Source of the DNA: Chiloscyllium plagiosum | Taxonomy: Eukaryota | Reading direction: 5' to 3' | Length of the DNA: 64,000 nt | Assembly: GCF_004010195.1 (NCBI RefSeq) | Contig: NC_057718.1 | Coordinates: 12,256,924-12,320,923 of the forward strand | Shown here: positions 13,471-27,071 of the stretch, in pieces | Layout of the letters: each line of letters starts with the position of its first letter | How positions within the stretch are numbered: the first letter of the stretch is position 1 | Made by a program: the position numbers and the translations under genes | The notes under the pieces: generated by a model | What the model saw: the letters and a program-made list of their open reading frames with translations, nothing else | Told to the model about the DNA's origin: nothing | Database searches by the model: none

Positions 13471-16400
13471 ACCAGGCCATACTGCCCCTACTGGGAGAAA
13501 GAAGTTATACCCTGCAAGGCAAACATCTAATCTTCTCAAATTCCACTTCAACCGCTGGTGTACACAACAAATTGCATCCAAAACACAATCTCCCATTTGC
13601 TGACAAAATAAAATCCAAGATATGCAACTATCTTTCTGGAAAACTACAGATAGGTTTTTGGAAATGAAATTTTCCTCTTTGTTTCTAGCTCAGCAGCACC
13701 GTCATCAAGTTTAACCAACTTTTAGAGTATGAAAATGGAAAGTTCCACAATAACTTTGTATCAAATTGAAGTGACCAGAAGGAAACAATTATTCCAATTG
13801 TGTTTCGCAGGAACCAGCAAAATTGGTTAAGTGACGACTGCTACTCACTTCAAATTGTGCTTTACAATGTCTTAATGCTCTCATCATATTCATCAGTCCT
13901 TAGACAAAAAGGAGGAAAAAGAGAATTAAAGTTTAGTCCAAACTTTTCTTTCAAATATTTCAACAAATTAATTCCTCTACCTAGCAAACTAAATTTCAGA
14001 ACATCCAAACACCTCCCAAATGAATTAAAGAGTTCTACTCTCCAAGTCTAGCATTTATGGGAAACTAGAAAGCCAGCCACAGAAGTCATTTCAGCTAATA
14101 TTAGGCTCTGGTTTAAGAAGAACAAAACATTCACGTTAGCCTGAGAAAGACATCAACACCAGACTAATCGTCAAGTTGTTTTGTGTTGTGAAGTACTAGT
14201 GACAAAGATAAATTAACACTGGTGTGAAATCGCTGCTGTAACCTGTTCACATTACTAATACTGAACTGCACCATTTTAAATGTAGTTATGAGAGTTATTC
14301 CCATTCCAAGGCAATTTTCTAATTGAAAGTAGTTCTTCTGTACAGAGGTGATGCAAAGCAGGTTTCTACACAGGGCTGAGAAAAAGCAATAAAACATCAT
14401 GTTTATCTCAAAAATATAATAATGAGCACATCTGTCACTAAACTAACTGCTCATTTGGACAAGCCAACAATTAAAATAAGCCTTTCAGCATGTCATAGAC
14501 AAAGTTCTTTTACTGCACTTTACTCCTACTACCTACACCCAAGCACCTCAGTACAATAAAGCATTTCTTTTTATAAAAACAAAAAGATATAAGATACAGA
14601 ACAAATAAATAAAAGCATCAAGACTAATTTTCATTACAACTTGCGAAAAGCATAGAGCACTAAAACACTAATTCACAGTGAACTTAGTAGAAAACGCATT
14701 CATAACCTTAATAAATGAGGTCACCTTAACTGCTCAGTGAAAATAATTTCCCCAAGAATACAATGATCATATTGAAGAGAAATTTAATCATCAAATTTTG
14801 CTGCTCTTCACAGGAAAACAAGGATGCTGCTCAATTTTTGAGTCAAATGCAAACAAGATCACTGTTTGTATTTTGGCACAAAAGCAGCCAAATGTCTAAA
14901 GTTTTCCCGACAAATCTTCTCTTCCCATTTGAAAACATTGACTTGTTCTGCATTCATTGGCATTTTGCTAATTCAATATGACCTTTACAGGTCACAGCCA
15001 ATGCCTTAAGGATCAGGAGGCAGAATCCTATGGTTGAAATTCCCCTTCCAAGCTGAGACCAACCATACTAACTAGCACCCCTAGCGGGTCCTGTTTAGGT
15101 TAGCTGCATAGGTCAACATAGGCAAGTGATCAAACCTGGGACCTTCTGGATGGCATGTATTGCTCAGCAAGTCAGTTAAACCATGGGAAAGACTATTTCA
15201 TTTAGCCTGAATAAGCATTGCCAAACTGAGTCACTTTTTTCTTCCAAAATTCAGTCATGTTACCAGAGCTTGTTGCAATATTTTGCTTGATAATTCACTG
15301 CCAATTGTTAATCAGTAAATTTCAGTAATTAATTTGTTAACCTTTCCTCACAAATCACTCTTGATACCACCAAAAAAAACTACACTGAATGGACTTGCAG
15401 AAAGTAATCTCACCTTGGGCTATAGATGATATTTGCAAACCAGAAGATCATCATATTTGGATTAATGGGATTAACTGCTACCAGGCATCCATTTTATTTA
15501 AAAGCCTGGACATGCTTTCTGTTAAATGTGCGTGTAAATGGAATAAAATGCAACGAAGCAGCCTTGAATACTGATACTAAAAAAAAATTGAAATTTAACT
15601 TCATTTATAAAAATCTTCAAGGTCTGAGGAATAAGTATTCTCCCTTCCACTGACCAACTACAGAATAAGTCACAAACTCCAACCTCCAGTAAAGCTCACA
15701 GATATTTAATCCTTTTTTCATTCTAAGGCTGGCCTGAAAATAAGAGAAGTAAACAAATGAATGAGATTTACTCTCAAGCCCTTGCATAGGCTAAAACTCA
15801 CCTTGGGCAACAAACAGTTAAACCTCAGAAGTAATTAATTCTTCATCTAGAAGGAGCTAATAACAATGACAAGCTACTCTTCTCCTAAACCAGGCCATTG
15901 CTGGGCAGAAATTGAACAAAAAAAAAAATTACGATTTGTTTGGTTAGGAGGTAAAACTGAGTGCTAAAACAGTTATTTTTTGGCTGGAGATAGACATTTG
16001 CCAAGTTCGTAAATGATCGTTGGGTATTTTAGTAAGCCACTTGTGATAGAATTGTTCCAAGTACCAGACAACCAGAATCCTTAAATTCTGGGAGACTCTT
16101 GTAGTCTAAAGGACATTCTGAAGCCAACTGATCTATTGAACATAACGTGCATGAAACACATTACCGAACTAAAACATCTGATGGTAAATGTTGAAACTAG
16201 AAAAGAAAAAGTAAATATACCAGGCTACATGGAAATATAAATCCAAACATAAAAGCATTTCAAAAATAGTCAAAAATACAACTTTGACTTTTTATATAAA
16301 GTATGCTCTTTAGCAATAGAATCAGCAGAATCTAACAACAATAAAGTTAGTAATTAAGTGTGACATATAATACAGATATGTATATAAAAAAAAAGAGCAG

Positions 16401-16645
16401 TAGCTTTAGCAGAGAATAGCAAGCCCCAGGAGAACAAGATACAAGCCTAATTCAGTTCCAGTAAAGAAAGAAAAGAATTCGGATAACTTCACCAGTGAAT
16501 CTCAGATGAAATAAAACAGGGTAAGATAAGGAAGCAGAAGCAAGAAACAGCAAGAGATGCATTAGTGGACTGTGGCTAGTACAGGCTGACCAATTCTACC
16601 CAGTACAACAAAAAAAAAAGGGAGAGGTTCATCAGAAATGAAGTC

Positions 16646-16666
16646 TCAGGGGCTTTTATCTTCTAC
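16646..16666 (-). CDS. PHF10: PHF10 alternative C-terminus by intron-9 read-through (VEDKSP*), PHD-less PDSM isoform
   Basis: AAG GTA GAA GAT AAA AGC CCC TGA gives YKVEDKSP*, fitting the psiKxExxSP motif. Confidence 0.7.
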   Translation of the reverse strand, partial: VEDKSP

Positions 16667-16819
16667 CTTGTACCCAGTAACTGATTTGGGTGTCACACTT
16701 CGTTTTGGCTCTTTCCATGGCCGTGTTCCTTTTTCTTTTGGTGTCTGCTTTCCCTGTGAGGAATCATCTTGATGTTCAATAGGGCTTTCTGCATCTGTTG
16801 TGCTCCCAGAAGAGGTATC
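16667..16819 (-). CDS. PHF10: PHF10 coding exon 9 (DTSSGSTTDAESPIEHQDDSSQGKQTPKEKGTRPWKEPKRSVTPKSVTGYK)
   Basis: Manual translation; polypyrimidine TTTTGTTTTAG acceptor, AAG|GTAGAA donor; 153 nt; homologous to the linker ending SVPGYK. Confidence 0.93.
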
Positions 16820-18422
16820 CTAAAACAAAAGTGAAACAATAGTCCGTTGGGCACCACAGTTTGACAGGATTTAACACAGTTGTACTCAAATGAACTAAAA
16901 GTGACAAAAATACAAAAACGCCACCATGAGTTGAAAGGTGTTTGGTAAAAATCATTCAAAAGCAATACAATGTGCTAAGAGAAACACAGACAGGTGTGGT
17001 GATGTCTTTAGAAACTGGAAATCTATTGGCACAGAACTTAAAGGTGGTTTCACTGCCAGAATGTACATAAAAAGCTAACAAAAAACCCTCAAGGAACAGC
17101 AGAACTCTTCCAATGTGTTTTCTCCATGCAGTCAGCATTTGAAAGCAATGACATTTCAACTAAAAACCTAATCCTCTGACAAATTATTGTTAATATTTAC
17201 ACTAAAGTAGCATGAATATTGAACTGAATTGGAACAAAAGTTAAAATTAGCTGAATTGGGAAGTTCTAAATGGAACCTACAGGTTCAGGACAATTAGTTC
17301 ACGATATATACTAACTGAGAAAAAAGTCAATTATTTATTGATGCAGTTTTTATACATTTATAGATGTAGACACTGTAAACACAGTGATATCTAGATCCTT
17401 ATACTCATTTAGCAAAGCAACAAAAATACTGTTGTTTGGCAAGAGAAGGTCCGTACCAATACTTATGAATACATACTTGCAATGTTACTACTTAAAATCA
17501 TATCGGCAGACACCCTGGTAGCTCCCAGGATGCCCAGAGATTTCATAACCTAAAAAGAAAAATCACAGTGTGTACTCAGGAAGTGAAAATTCCAGACAGG
17601 ACAGAATGATTGTTTTCAAAAAGGAGCCATGCTTTTCATGTTACTGGAAGTTTAAGAACATGAAATTAAGTATTTTAGATGAGCACGATAGGCAGATACA
17701 TAGCTGAACATCAGTATGGTAACTTTCCAAAGGATAGCAATACCTGGTTAACTTATGATTTTGATTTTTAAAAAAGTACCAAAAATCAGTAAAATAATTT
17801 ACCACCTTTAAAATTACAATGGTCTTAGCTTAATTTAGCTCTAGCTATGTTAAGTTGAATAGGAACTCCTTCTCTAAAGAGATCAAAGGTGGTTATGAAG
17901 TGGGATTAAAATTGGTGAATAAATTCCTTTTCCAAACAAAAGTGGGAAGGCGTAGTTTCAAATAATAAATGTGGAATAGATGAGAAAACACCTCTACTAA
18001 CTGAGCACTAGCATGAAATAAATTCTGAACATTAATAATGGGTTTAAAAGTCAAGTTTTCCACTTACTAGGCCGCTGCCATTAACTGTAGCAAGAACCTC
18101 GTTCGCAGCGTTACCGTGCGAGGTTCTGACGTCACATCACCGGCTGCTAGAAGTTGTGTGCAGATGTAATAATATAAATTATTCCTAAATTTTAGATACC
18201 AGTAGTAACAGCATTATTCTATACACTTAGCCAAAGTACACGCTTATTTGCTTCACACTTAGCAGAAGTAGACTGTATCGGACTAGAATGGAGTTGTTTT
18301 TGATTTGGACTTTGTTAAATCTTTTATACAAAATACAGTTTAGTGCAGAATAGTCTGGGCATTTAAAAATTTACGGAGATAAAGTTTTCAATATATTCAG
18401 GTCTTTTTAGTTCGTTTCTTAC

Positions 18423-18579
18423 TGAGAAGCCTTTGTCTTCCTTTCGTTCATCCTCAGCACGCCCATCTTCTGCATCATCAGAATCTCCATCACTGTCCAG
18501 TGCTGGCAGTTCTGGATCCAGAGGTGGCTCATACAAGGCTGTGTTTACAGGCAGGTAACGTAACTCATTGGGAGAGTAC
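18423..18579 (-). CDS. PHF10: PHF10 coding exon 8 ([52 protein letters not shown])
   Basis: Within ORF 18363-18605; GTAAGA donor; 157 nt. Confidence 0.96.
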
Positions 18580-20019
18580 CTAGGTAGATAATTAATGCAT
18601 TGCAATTCAAATTAACGTCCAAGCTTTTGCATTCATTTTTGCTTTTAACTCAACTTATGAAATTTTAGTTTGTACGACAACATCAAACTGAACTAATTTT
18701 GAAAATTCTGCAAACCTCCAGAAGACCTCTCTTGAGCAGAAATCTCATGTGTTCCTCAGTACTAGTCCAAACTGTACCGTACAACAAAGATCGCAGTTCC
18801 TTTGCCTTGGAAAAACCTGGGAATCAAACATGCTCTTGAAAATTTTCTAGCCCTGGTTTCTGATTCACATATTGGTATGATGACTTGTTAGCTTTCTCTC
18901 TTCTGTTCCCTTCCATTCTAACTCCAATAGCAAACTTGCACATCTCTAACAGGGAATATTGCTATACAAACATTGCCACAGAGAAAGCTCATCCATTCCT
19001 CATTAATGCTGAGAATGCTGGTTAAGCTCCTCTCCAGAAGACTTACCTTGGAATAAAGATATGTACATTAATTGATATTATAAAAGCAAAAAAGGTATTT
19101 TTTTTCTAATCTAACACTTTTTTTTGGGTACCTGGTTTTCCTTAAGGGTCACAATTTTTAGTCTCGGTTTTTAGGAACTCTCACCGCACCCTGTTAGTCA
19201 AACCTCGTAACCTCTCCCCTGAACTCAATTCCAATGTGGAGTGCCTGGAGACTTTTGCATGAAACAGACAATACATTATATTTCCTATATTACAATATTC
19301 ACCGAACTTCAAAAAGGACATCACTGGCTGCAAAACTCTTTGGTAAGTCTTAAGCAGTGTTAAACTATGCTGATGTTAACTAAATGTAAGACTCTTCCTT
19401 ATATGTGGCAAGACAATGCCACACCATTGATAAAAATACCACTAACATAATTCTTCAAGTGACATAGTAATCAATTCACTATTACATACCAATGGATTTA
19501 GTCTAATGTCATTTGATGATGGACAAATTTATTCTGGATTAATATTTACCCTTCAACCAAAACAGATTAACTAGTAATTTCTTACTTGTGAGACCTTACT
19601 GTATCCAAATTGCCTACATGTCAACTACCATTCAAAAGAAATTCACTGACTGAAGCCCTTTTGATGCCTTGAAGATGTGAAAGGTGCTACCTATATGCAT
19701 GTCCTTTCATTACTTTTCAAACTAATTTTTCCCAAGTGTGACCTTCACAAGACAAACACATGAAGAAATTCTTATCCAATGCAAAACTCTTTGGTAAATA
19801 TTAGGCAGATGTCAGTTAAATATTTAGTTGTGGAAAAAAAAAGACAAGAAAAAGTTTATTTAAAGTTGCACTTTTGTTTCTACACTTCACTGTGCATTTA
19901 GAGTCAGAGTTGTACAGCATGGAAACAGATCCTTCGATCCAACTTATAATTTTCATACAATAAGCTCTTTAGCACAGGGTTATTCTTTAGTTTAAAAAAA
20001 ATGCAGGTTTTTTTTTCAC

Positions 20020-20129
20020 CTTTTGTAATATTCCTGAAATTGGCCTGGTATCAGAGCAACTGGATAAGCCCCAACTTTTGTCCTCTCCGGTGGAAGAACT
20101 TTGTATTTTCCCTGGGGCACTTGGATTAC
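20020..20129 (-). CDS. PHF10: PHF10 coding exon 7 ([36 protein letters not shown])
   Basis: Manual translation; AG/GT flanks; 110 nt. Confidence 0.97.
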
Positions 20130-21084
20130 CTGTATTGAGAAAAACAATAGAAAAACAAATTAAATACAGATTCCTTATCCTATATTACTCAGGTTAGTAA
20201 AACAACAACAAAAATAAATAAATAAAGCATTTTTACACGTTAAAACAAAATTTCTGAACAGAAATAATGCTGCCAAATCTGCTAGTGAGGCAACTGCAGT
20301 TCACTATACAGAAGGACCAAGACACTTCTGAGCAATGCATTACAATGCTATTTAAATCTCTCTTTCAGAGAGAGGATTCTGCCTCACATTTCAGACATGC
20401 TGAACCTACACTGAGAACGCTGGATTCTGGCACCATCTGATTGGTCTTGAAAAGATTCTATTGTCAAATTGGTGGAAAAAAAACACAAGCACTGAGCTTC
20501 AGCAAGATAAAAAAGCAGATTTCTGAACAGACTTTCTCCCACAAAATTCTCAACTTTGAACAGAACGTGTGAATCAAAAAATAGCAAGCTATGAAAAGAA
20601 AATGTTGACTTGGATATTGAAAAGTGCAGGGTATAATTTTCAAATGGAGCATTCATCAGGCAGGTAGAGGAGACCCGTTTGCGCAGAGAGGAGAGGGTTA
20701 GGGGCTACCAAGTACTCAGCAATGGGCCTCCTCATGATCTCAAAGATTACAAATGTCTGCGGTTATCATTTTCTGACCTTTCAATGACTACCAGATAGAG
20801 CAAATCAGCCTCTACACCCTTACAGCAGATCATGCCTCTCCCATTTGTCCACAAAATAGTACGGACCCTACGACAAAGAATACAGCCCAATTTTAAATAC
20901 TTTTATAAGTTTCCCACACTCGCCACAGCTTTGAGACTTGCTTGAAAATTGCCTTTTTGAAAATAAAATTCATTCGTGGGGTGAGTGTATCACTGGCTCA
21001 GCCAACATTTACTGCCCATCCTTAATTGCCTTGAGCTGCCTTCTTGAATGCTTTAGTCCACTTGGTGTACGCCAACCCACAGCT

Positions 21085-22325
21085 CTAGAACATAGAACAG
21101 TACAGCACAGAACAGGCCCTTCAGCCCACGATGTTGTGCCGACCACTTGATCCTCATGTATGCACCCTCAAATATCTGTGACCATATGCATGTCCAGGAG
21201 TCTCTTAAATGTCGCCTCTGACATCCCCTCTATACTTTCCTCCAACCGGCTTAAAACCCTTGTGTTAGTCATTTCTGCCCTGGGAAATTAGTCTCTGGCT
21301 ATCAACTCTATCTATGCCTCTCATTATCTTGTACACCCTCTGTGTAAAGAACCTGCCTCTGACATCCCCTCTATACTTTCCTCCAACCGGCTTAAAACCC
21401 TTGTGTTAGTCATTTCTGTCCTGGGAAATTAGTCTCTGGCTATCGACTCTATCTATGCCTCTCATTATCTTGTACACCTCAATTAGGTCCCCTCTCCTCC
21501 TCCTTTTCTCCAATGAAAAAAGTCCAAGCTCAGTCAACCTCTCCTCATAAGATAAGCCCTCCAGTCCAGACAGCATCCTGGTAAACCTCCTTTGAACCCT
21601 CTCCAAGGCATCCACATCCTTCTTATAATAGGGCGACCAGAACTGGACGCAGTATTCCAAGTGCGGTCTAATCAAAGTTTTATAGAGCTGCAACAAAATC
21701 TCACCACTCAAACTCAATACCCCTGTTAATGAAAGCCAAAACACCATATGCTTTCTTAACAACCTTGTCCACTTGGGTGGCCATTTTAAGGGATCTATGT
21801 ACCTGCACACCAAGATCCCTCTGTTCTTCCACACTGCCAAGAATCCTATCCTTAATCCTGTACTCAGTGCTGGCCCATCCTTCAATCCCCTCATCCAAGT
21901 CATTAATAAAAATTACAAACAGTAGAGGCCCAAGGGGAGAGCCTTGTGGAACACCACACATCATTGACTTCCAGGCAGAATATTTTCCTTCTACTACCAC
22001 TTGCTGTCTTCTGTTGGCCAGCCAATTCTGTATCCAGACAGCTAAGTTTCCCTGTATCCCATTCCTCCTGACCTTCTGAATGAGCCTATCATGGGGAACC
22101 TTATCAAATGCCTTGCTGAAGTCCATATACACCACATCCACAGCTCGACCCTCATCAACGTTTCTAGTCACATCCTCAAAGAACTCGATAAGGTTTGTGA
22201 GGCATGACCTGCCCCTCACAAAGCCGTGTTGACTGCATTTAATCAAGCCATGCTCTTCCAGATGGTCATAAATCCTATCCCTCGGAATCCTTTCTAACAC
22301 CTTGCAGACAACAGAAGTGAGACTT
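21085..22325 (-). mobile_element. CR1 LINE ORF2 3' fragment
   Basis: ORFs 21701-22393 and 21406-21903: [46 protein letters not shown]. Confidence 0.94.
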
Positions 22326-22871
22326 ACTTCTGTTAGGGAGGGAGCTCCAGGACTCTGATCTAGTGATACAGAAGGATACAGCAACAATTCCAAATCAGGA
22401 TGGTGATGGGCTTAGAAGGAAACTTACAAGTGGTGATGTTCCCACATACCTAAGACAACAATAACCCTAAAAACTGCCTACCTTCTGTAGGTTATGCACT
22501 ATTATGTTGAATGAAATAGTATCAGCATTATTAACAAAATATTACAAGTTTACACTCACGCTGGAATTTTATTTTCTACTCCCCTCCAGCAATGGGCAGC
22601 ATGTTCCTGAAATGTACTGCAGTGTTATTTCAGCAATATGTTAATATTCAAAATATAAAGACAAAGTGCTCGAGCAACTCAGCAATCTGGCATCATTTAT
22701 GGAGAAATGTGCAAGGTTAACATTTAATTTAATATGACTTCTTCGGAGTTCTGAAATGTTTATGCTATTTCTCTGTCCACTAATGCTGCCAGACCTGCTG
22801 AATTCCCCCTGCACTTTTTATGTTTTTCACATCCCCCTCATGGCTAATATCAAAGTTAAAGTGGCTACTCT

Positions 22872-23078
22872 CAAGAGTGTGGTGCTGGAAAAGCACAGCA
22901 GGTCAGGCAGCATCCAAGGAGGTGAATTGACGTTTCAAGATTTCATCATAGCCCTGATGAAGGGCTTATGCCCGAAACATCGATTCTCCTGCTCCTTGGA
23001 TGCTGCCTGACCTGCTGTACTTTTCCAGCACCACACTCAACTCGGATCTCCAGCATCTGCAGTCCTTACTTTCTACCT
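22872..23078. mobile_element. Penelope-like terminus, inverted (family B), with hammerhead motif
   Basis: Inverted arms; CTGATGA-AGGGCTTATGCCC-GAAACATC at 22954-22981. Confidence 0.72.
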
Positions 23079-23230
23079 TAAAAGGTAGCTACTGATTGAG
23101 ATTGAGACAGAGGGATTGTTCTTCTATAGAAATGCAAATTGTCAGGATTAATACTGGTTGCTTTGTTTTGCATTTCAGAAATTCACTTTGTGTTTGAAGT
23201 TACATCAGACTAGGATTAATGTGGACTTAC

Positions 23231-23380
23231 CTGTGTCTGCAAATCAAAGTAAGCTCGCCTTTCCTCCATCCGTTCCCTGTTGAAATTACTGTTAAATTCT
23301 GCAGCTTTCTTTGCAGCTTTCTTGATGTATTCTGGAACTTTACTGGGCTCAACCTTTTGTGTATTTTGCAACTGCATTTG
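23231..23380 (-). CDS. PHF10: PHF10 coding exon 6 ([50 protein letters not shown])
   Basis: Within ORF 23216-23401; GTAAGT donor; 150 nt. Confidence 0.97.
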
Positions 23381-24561
23381 CTGCACAAAAAAAAATGTCA
23401 CAAGATGATAGTTTCAAATTGGAATGCTCAAAACAATGCTGCAGAGACACGCAATGGAAATAATTTAAAATGTCAATCTTTCAACTTCATGCATTTTCAG
23501 GCTATTGCAAAAAACTGTTTTCCTAAAAGGAAAAAAAAGAGGCTAATGTGAGATACAGGGAAAGGCAGCCTCAAACAAAGGATTGTACAAATACTCTTAA
23601 AATAAGGTGAGTTTGGGTAGTTTTAGTGTCCAAATGAACATAGTACAAAACAATTCATAATTTGGCATTAACTAGCAATTTCACTCAAAAGGGATTAACA
23701 TTAATATTCCATTAACCAGCATTAATGTTGTTCACCAGGGAAGAGCAAAATCCGATCCAAAATACACAAATTTTAGATATTTAAGGTTGATCACGTGAGA
23801 ATGAAATTTGAGATTAAAGCAACTCCTAAACAACGTTGGACCATAGATATAATTGGAAAAACATGTCAATTTTCAAAAGAGATTTGGATCTTTGCTTGAG
23901 AAGGAAACACTTTCAAAGCTATGGGATAAAGGCAGGAGAGTGGGAATAATTGGATGACCGAGCCCCTTGAAGAGACAGGAAATGCTGAATGCCCTGTGCT
24001 TGCTGTATGATCCTATACGCCAAAATATCACTTTTCCATTGCTCAATAAACCTTCAATTCCACATGGTGGCATAAAAATGCTAGAGTATAATCTAATTTT
24101 TTTAAAGGTTTCATCTCCTCCTACGTAATATGATTTTTGGAAAATAAAGTTCAAACAAACTTCAATTTTCTGTTTAAGACACATCAGGTTTACACTGATT
24201 TTTTAAAAAAGAAAACTTTTTGAAAGAGTTCAATAGCTAAGACAGATAGAATAAAATTACCATTAGAACTAGCAATTACTAGTATAACTACTGTTTGCTA
24301 CTGCGATTAACACCATGGAACAAGGTTGTGTGTGAAATTTAGCTCAACAGAGCTACATACAATATTTGAAATGAGCAACATTTCATAGTTTAAAGGTGGA
24401 AGTAGAGGGAAGAAAGCAACAGACAACAATAGTCTGTATTTTATTTTGCACAGAACAATGAACCAAATGCCACATCACAGCTTTCAATTTGCAGGGGTTG
24501 CAATGGAAGAAGATAGAATGTTTTATGTATAAAGTTCTAAGTCCACTCCCCCAGTACTGAC

Positions 24562-24695
24562 CGAGTATTCCTTGTAGCGATCGGTGATCTGCTGCCGCTC
24601 TCTGTCCTGCAGAACCACAGCATATTCAGCATATTTGGTAGGGTATTCCTTGATCATCAGATCGATAACTTCATCACTCCTCAGAGCGGTTAAAC
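24562..24695 (-). CDS. PHF10: PHF10 coding exon 5 ([45 protein letters not shown])
   Basis: Manual translation; TTTAG acceptor, GTCAGT donor; 134 nt. Confidence 0.97.
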
Positions 24696-26571
24696 CTAAA
24701 GCAAAGTATTTATTGTTGGTCAGTGGTCAGGAACAGAAGAATGGGACTGTGGGGGGACCCAAAATGAGAGGAATGACAGTCACTCCTATTGTCCAATCAA
24801 TCGGAGGTTTTCTCAGCTGCCTTTGATGAAAAACGGGAGCTGTAGGGTAGATAAAGTAAACTTACCATTGCTCCCTACATTCAATAGGAAGAATGTAGTA
24901 GTTGTATAGTGAGGAGGAGTGACACCATTCTCTGCAAAAAAATGACAGCAGGTCCATATGAAAATGCTGCCGCTTGTAGCAGGATTTCAGACTTCTGGAA
25001 AGGAATTAAGTGGGAGAATCCCGTAGTCATGATCCATGTAGGTATCAATGACACATGTAAAAGTAGGAAAGGTGTTCTGCATAGAGTGTATGAGGGATCT
25101 TTATACACAAAGATGTTCTTCAGCCCACTGAGTGGCACACACACACACACACACACACACAGCATTCAGCTTTTCCTATTCCCATTTTTTTCCAGCACTT
25201 AGCCTGAAGCCACGGCATTTTGAGTACTCTTCTAAATAGTTGTTAAATGTCGAGGGGTCCTGCCTCTACCACCCTTTATAAATAATAAAGAAATGGCTGA
25301 TGAAGTGAACAAATATTTTGTCTTCACTGTAGAGACTATAAAAATCATTCCAGTAATAAGAGGGAGGAGAACTTAGTGAAATTACAATCACGCGGGGAGT
25401 GACAGCAAACTGGTGGACGCTGTAGGATCACAAGTCTCTAGGTCCAGATGGATTTCATCCTAGGGTCTTAAAAGAGGTTGAAAATGAGGTAGCAGAAATA
25501 TTAGTGTTAATTTTCCCAAATTGCCCAGGTTCATAGGTTCTATTGACTCAAGTCGCAAATAATGATCCCTTTATTCGAGCTGGGGTAGAAGGTAGGCAGA
25601 AAACAGGAAACTATACGTCAGTTAGCTTGATGTCTTGTGTGGGAAGGTGCCAAAAATCAAAGTGATTCAAATTGTACATCTAGAAAATAATCTCAATATA
25701 ATCTGAAATACAGCATTGGCTTTGTTCTTCAACAGAGTGATATGCATTGTGGATAAAGGGAGTCTGTGAAGAACTATAATTCAATTTCTAGAAGGTATTT
25801 GAGAAAGGTCCCATAAATGTAAATGTATGGTTTTGATATATAATTTAATATATCATTTATTTGAATTCAGATTGGAATTAGTGCCATGTGGGTTTTTGTC
25901 TTGTGTGCCTAAAAAGGTTTTAATTATTAATTTTTAGGTATTTCTGTAGCATGGTTATTTCTTTTAAAACACAATCAGCAAAATAGTCCTGAGGCTAATG
26001 GGCATTAGTTTTCACTGTTTGCTAGCAAACATTCTCCCAAAGTAATTATGTATGGATTAGGTTTTAAGTTTAGATATTGATTTTTTTTTCCTTTTTTAAT
26101 CAAGGATAAACGCCCATTACTTGGAAGAATTTACAGTTCCAGTTTTACGGATTTGCAAGCCTTGGCTTAAGCTAGATGCAGAAGTTGGTTAGTCCTGATG
26201 AAAAGGAGAAGATCTAGAAGTTAATAAATAGGTTACCTCAGTGTAAGGAGGCTAAATTGCAAATTTCAACTATTGCTTAAACCCTAAAAAAGGATAACTT
26301 GAAGCTGAGAAAGTCTATTCTTAGTTGCATGAAGATTCAAGGAAGAGTCAAAGTATACAGCACAGAAACTCATCCAACCTGATCAGATTTTTCAAGCTGA
26401 TCTAGTCTCATTTGCCTGTGTTTGGCCCAAATCCCTCCTATCCTTTCCAATCGACGTACCTGTCCAAATGTCTTTCAAAATGTTGTAATGGTACCCGCCC
26501 CTACCACTTGCTCTGGCAGTTTGATCCATACATGCACCAACTTCTGCTGTGAAAAAGTTGCCCTTCAAGTC

Positions 26572-27071
26572 NNNNNNNNNNNNNNNNNNNNNNNNNNNNN
26601 NNNNNNNNNNNNNNNNNNNNNNNNNNNNNNNNNNNNNNNNNNNNNNNNNNNNNNNNNNNNNNNNNNNNNNNNNNNNNNNNNNNNNNNNNNNNNNNNNNNN
26701 NNNNNNNNNNNNNNNNNNNNNNNNNNNNNNNNNNNNNNNNNNNNNNNNNNNNNNNNNNNNNNNNNNNNNNNNNNNNNNNNNNNNNNNNNNNNNNNNNNNN
26801 NNNNNNNNNNNNNNNNNNNNNNNNNNNNNNNNNNNNNNNNNNNNNNNNNNNNNNNNNNNNNNNNNNNNNNNNNNNNNNNNNNNNNNNNNNNNNNNNNNNN
26901 NNNNNNNNNNNNNNNNNNNNNNNNNNNNNNNNNNNNNNNNNNNNNNNNNNNNNNNNNNNNNNNNNNNNNNNNNNNNNNNNNNNNNNNNNNNNNNNNNNNN
27001 NNNNNNNNNNNNNNNNNNNNNNNNNNNNNNNNNNNNNNNNNNNNNNNNNNNNNNNNNNNNNNNNNNNNNNN
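26572..27071. other. Assembly gap (500 N) in PHF10 intron 4
   Basis: Run of N. Confidence 1.

Noticed and set aside
25136..25160. (CA)n microsatellite; also (TTA)n near 42575 and (TG)n near 54700
   Set aside because: Ordinary simple repeats
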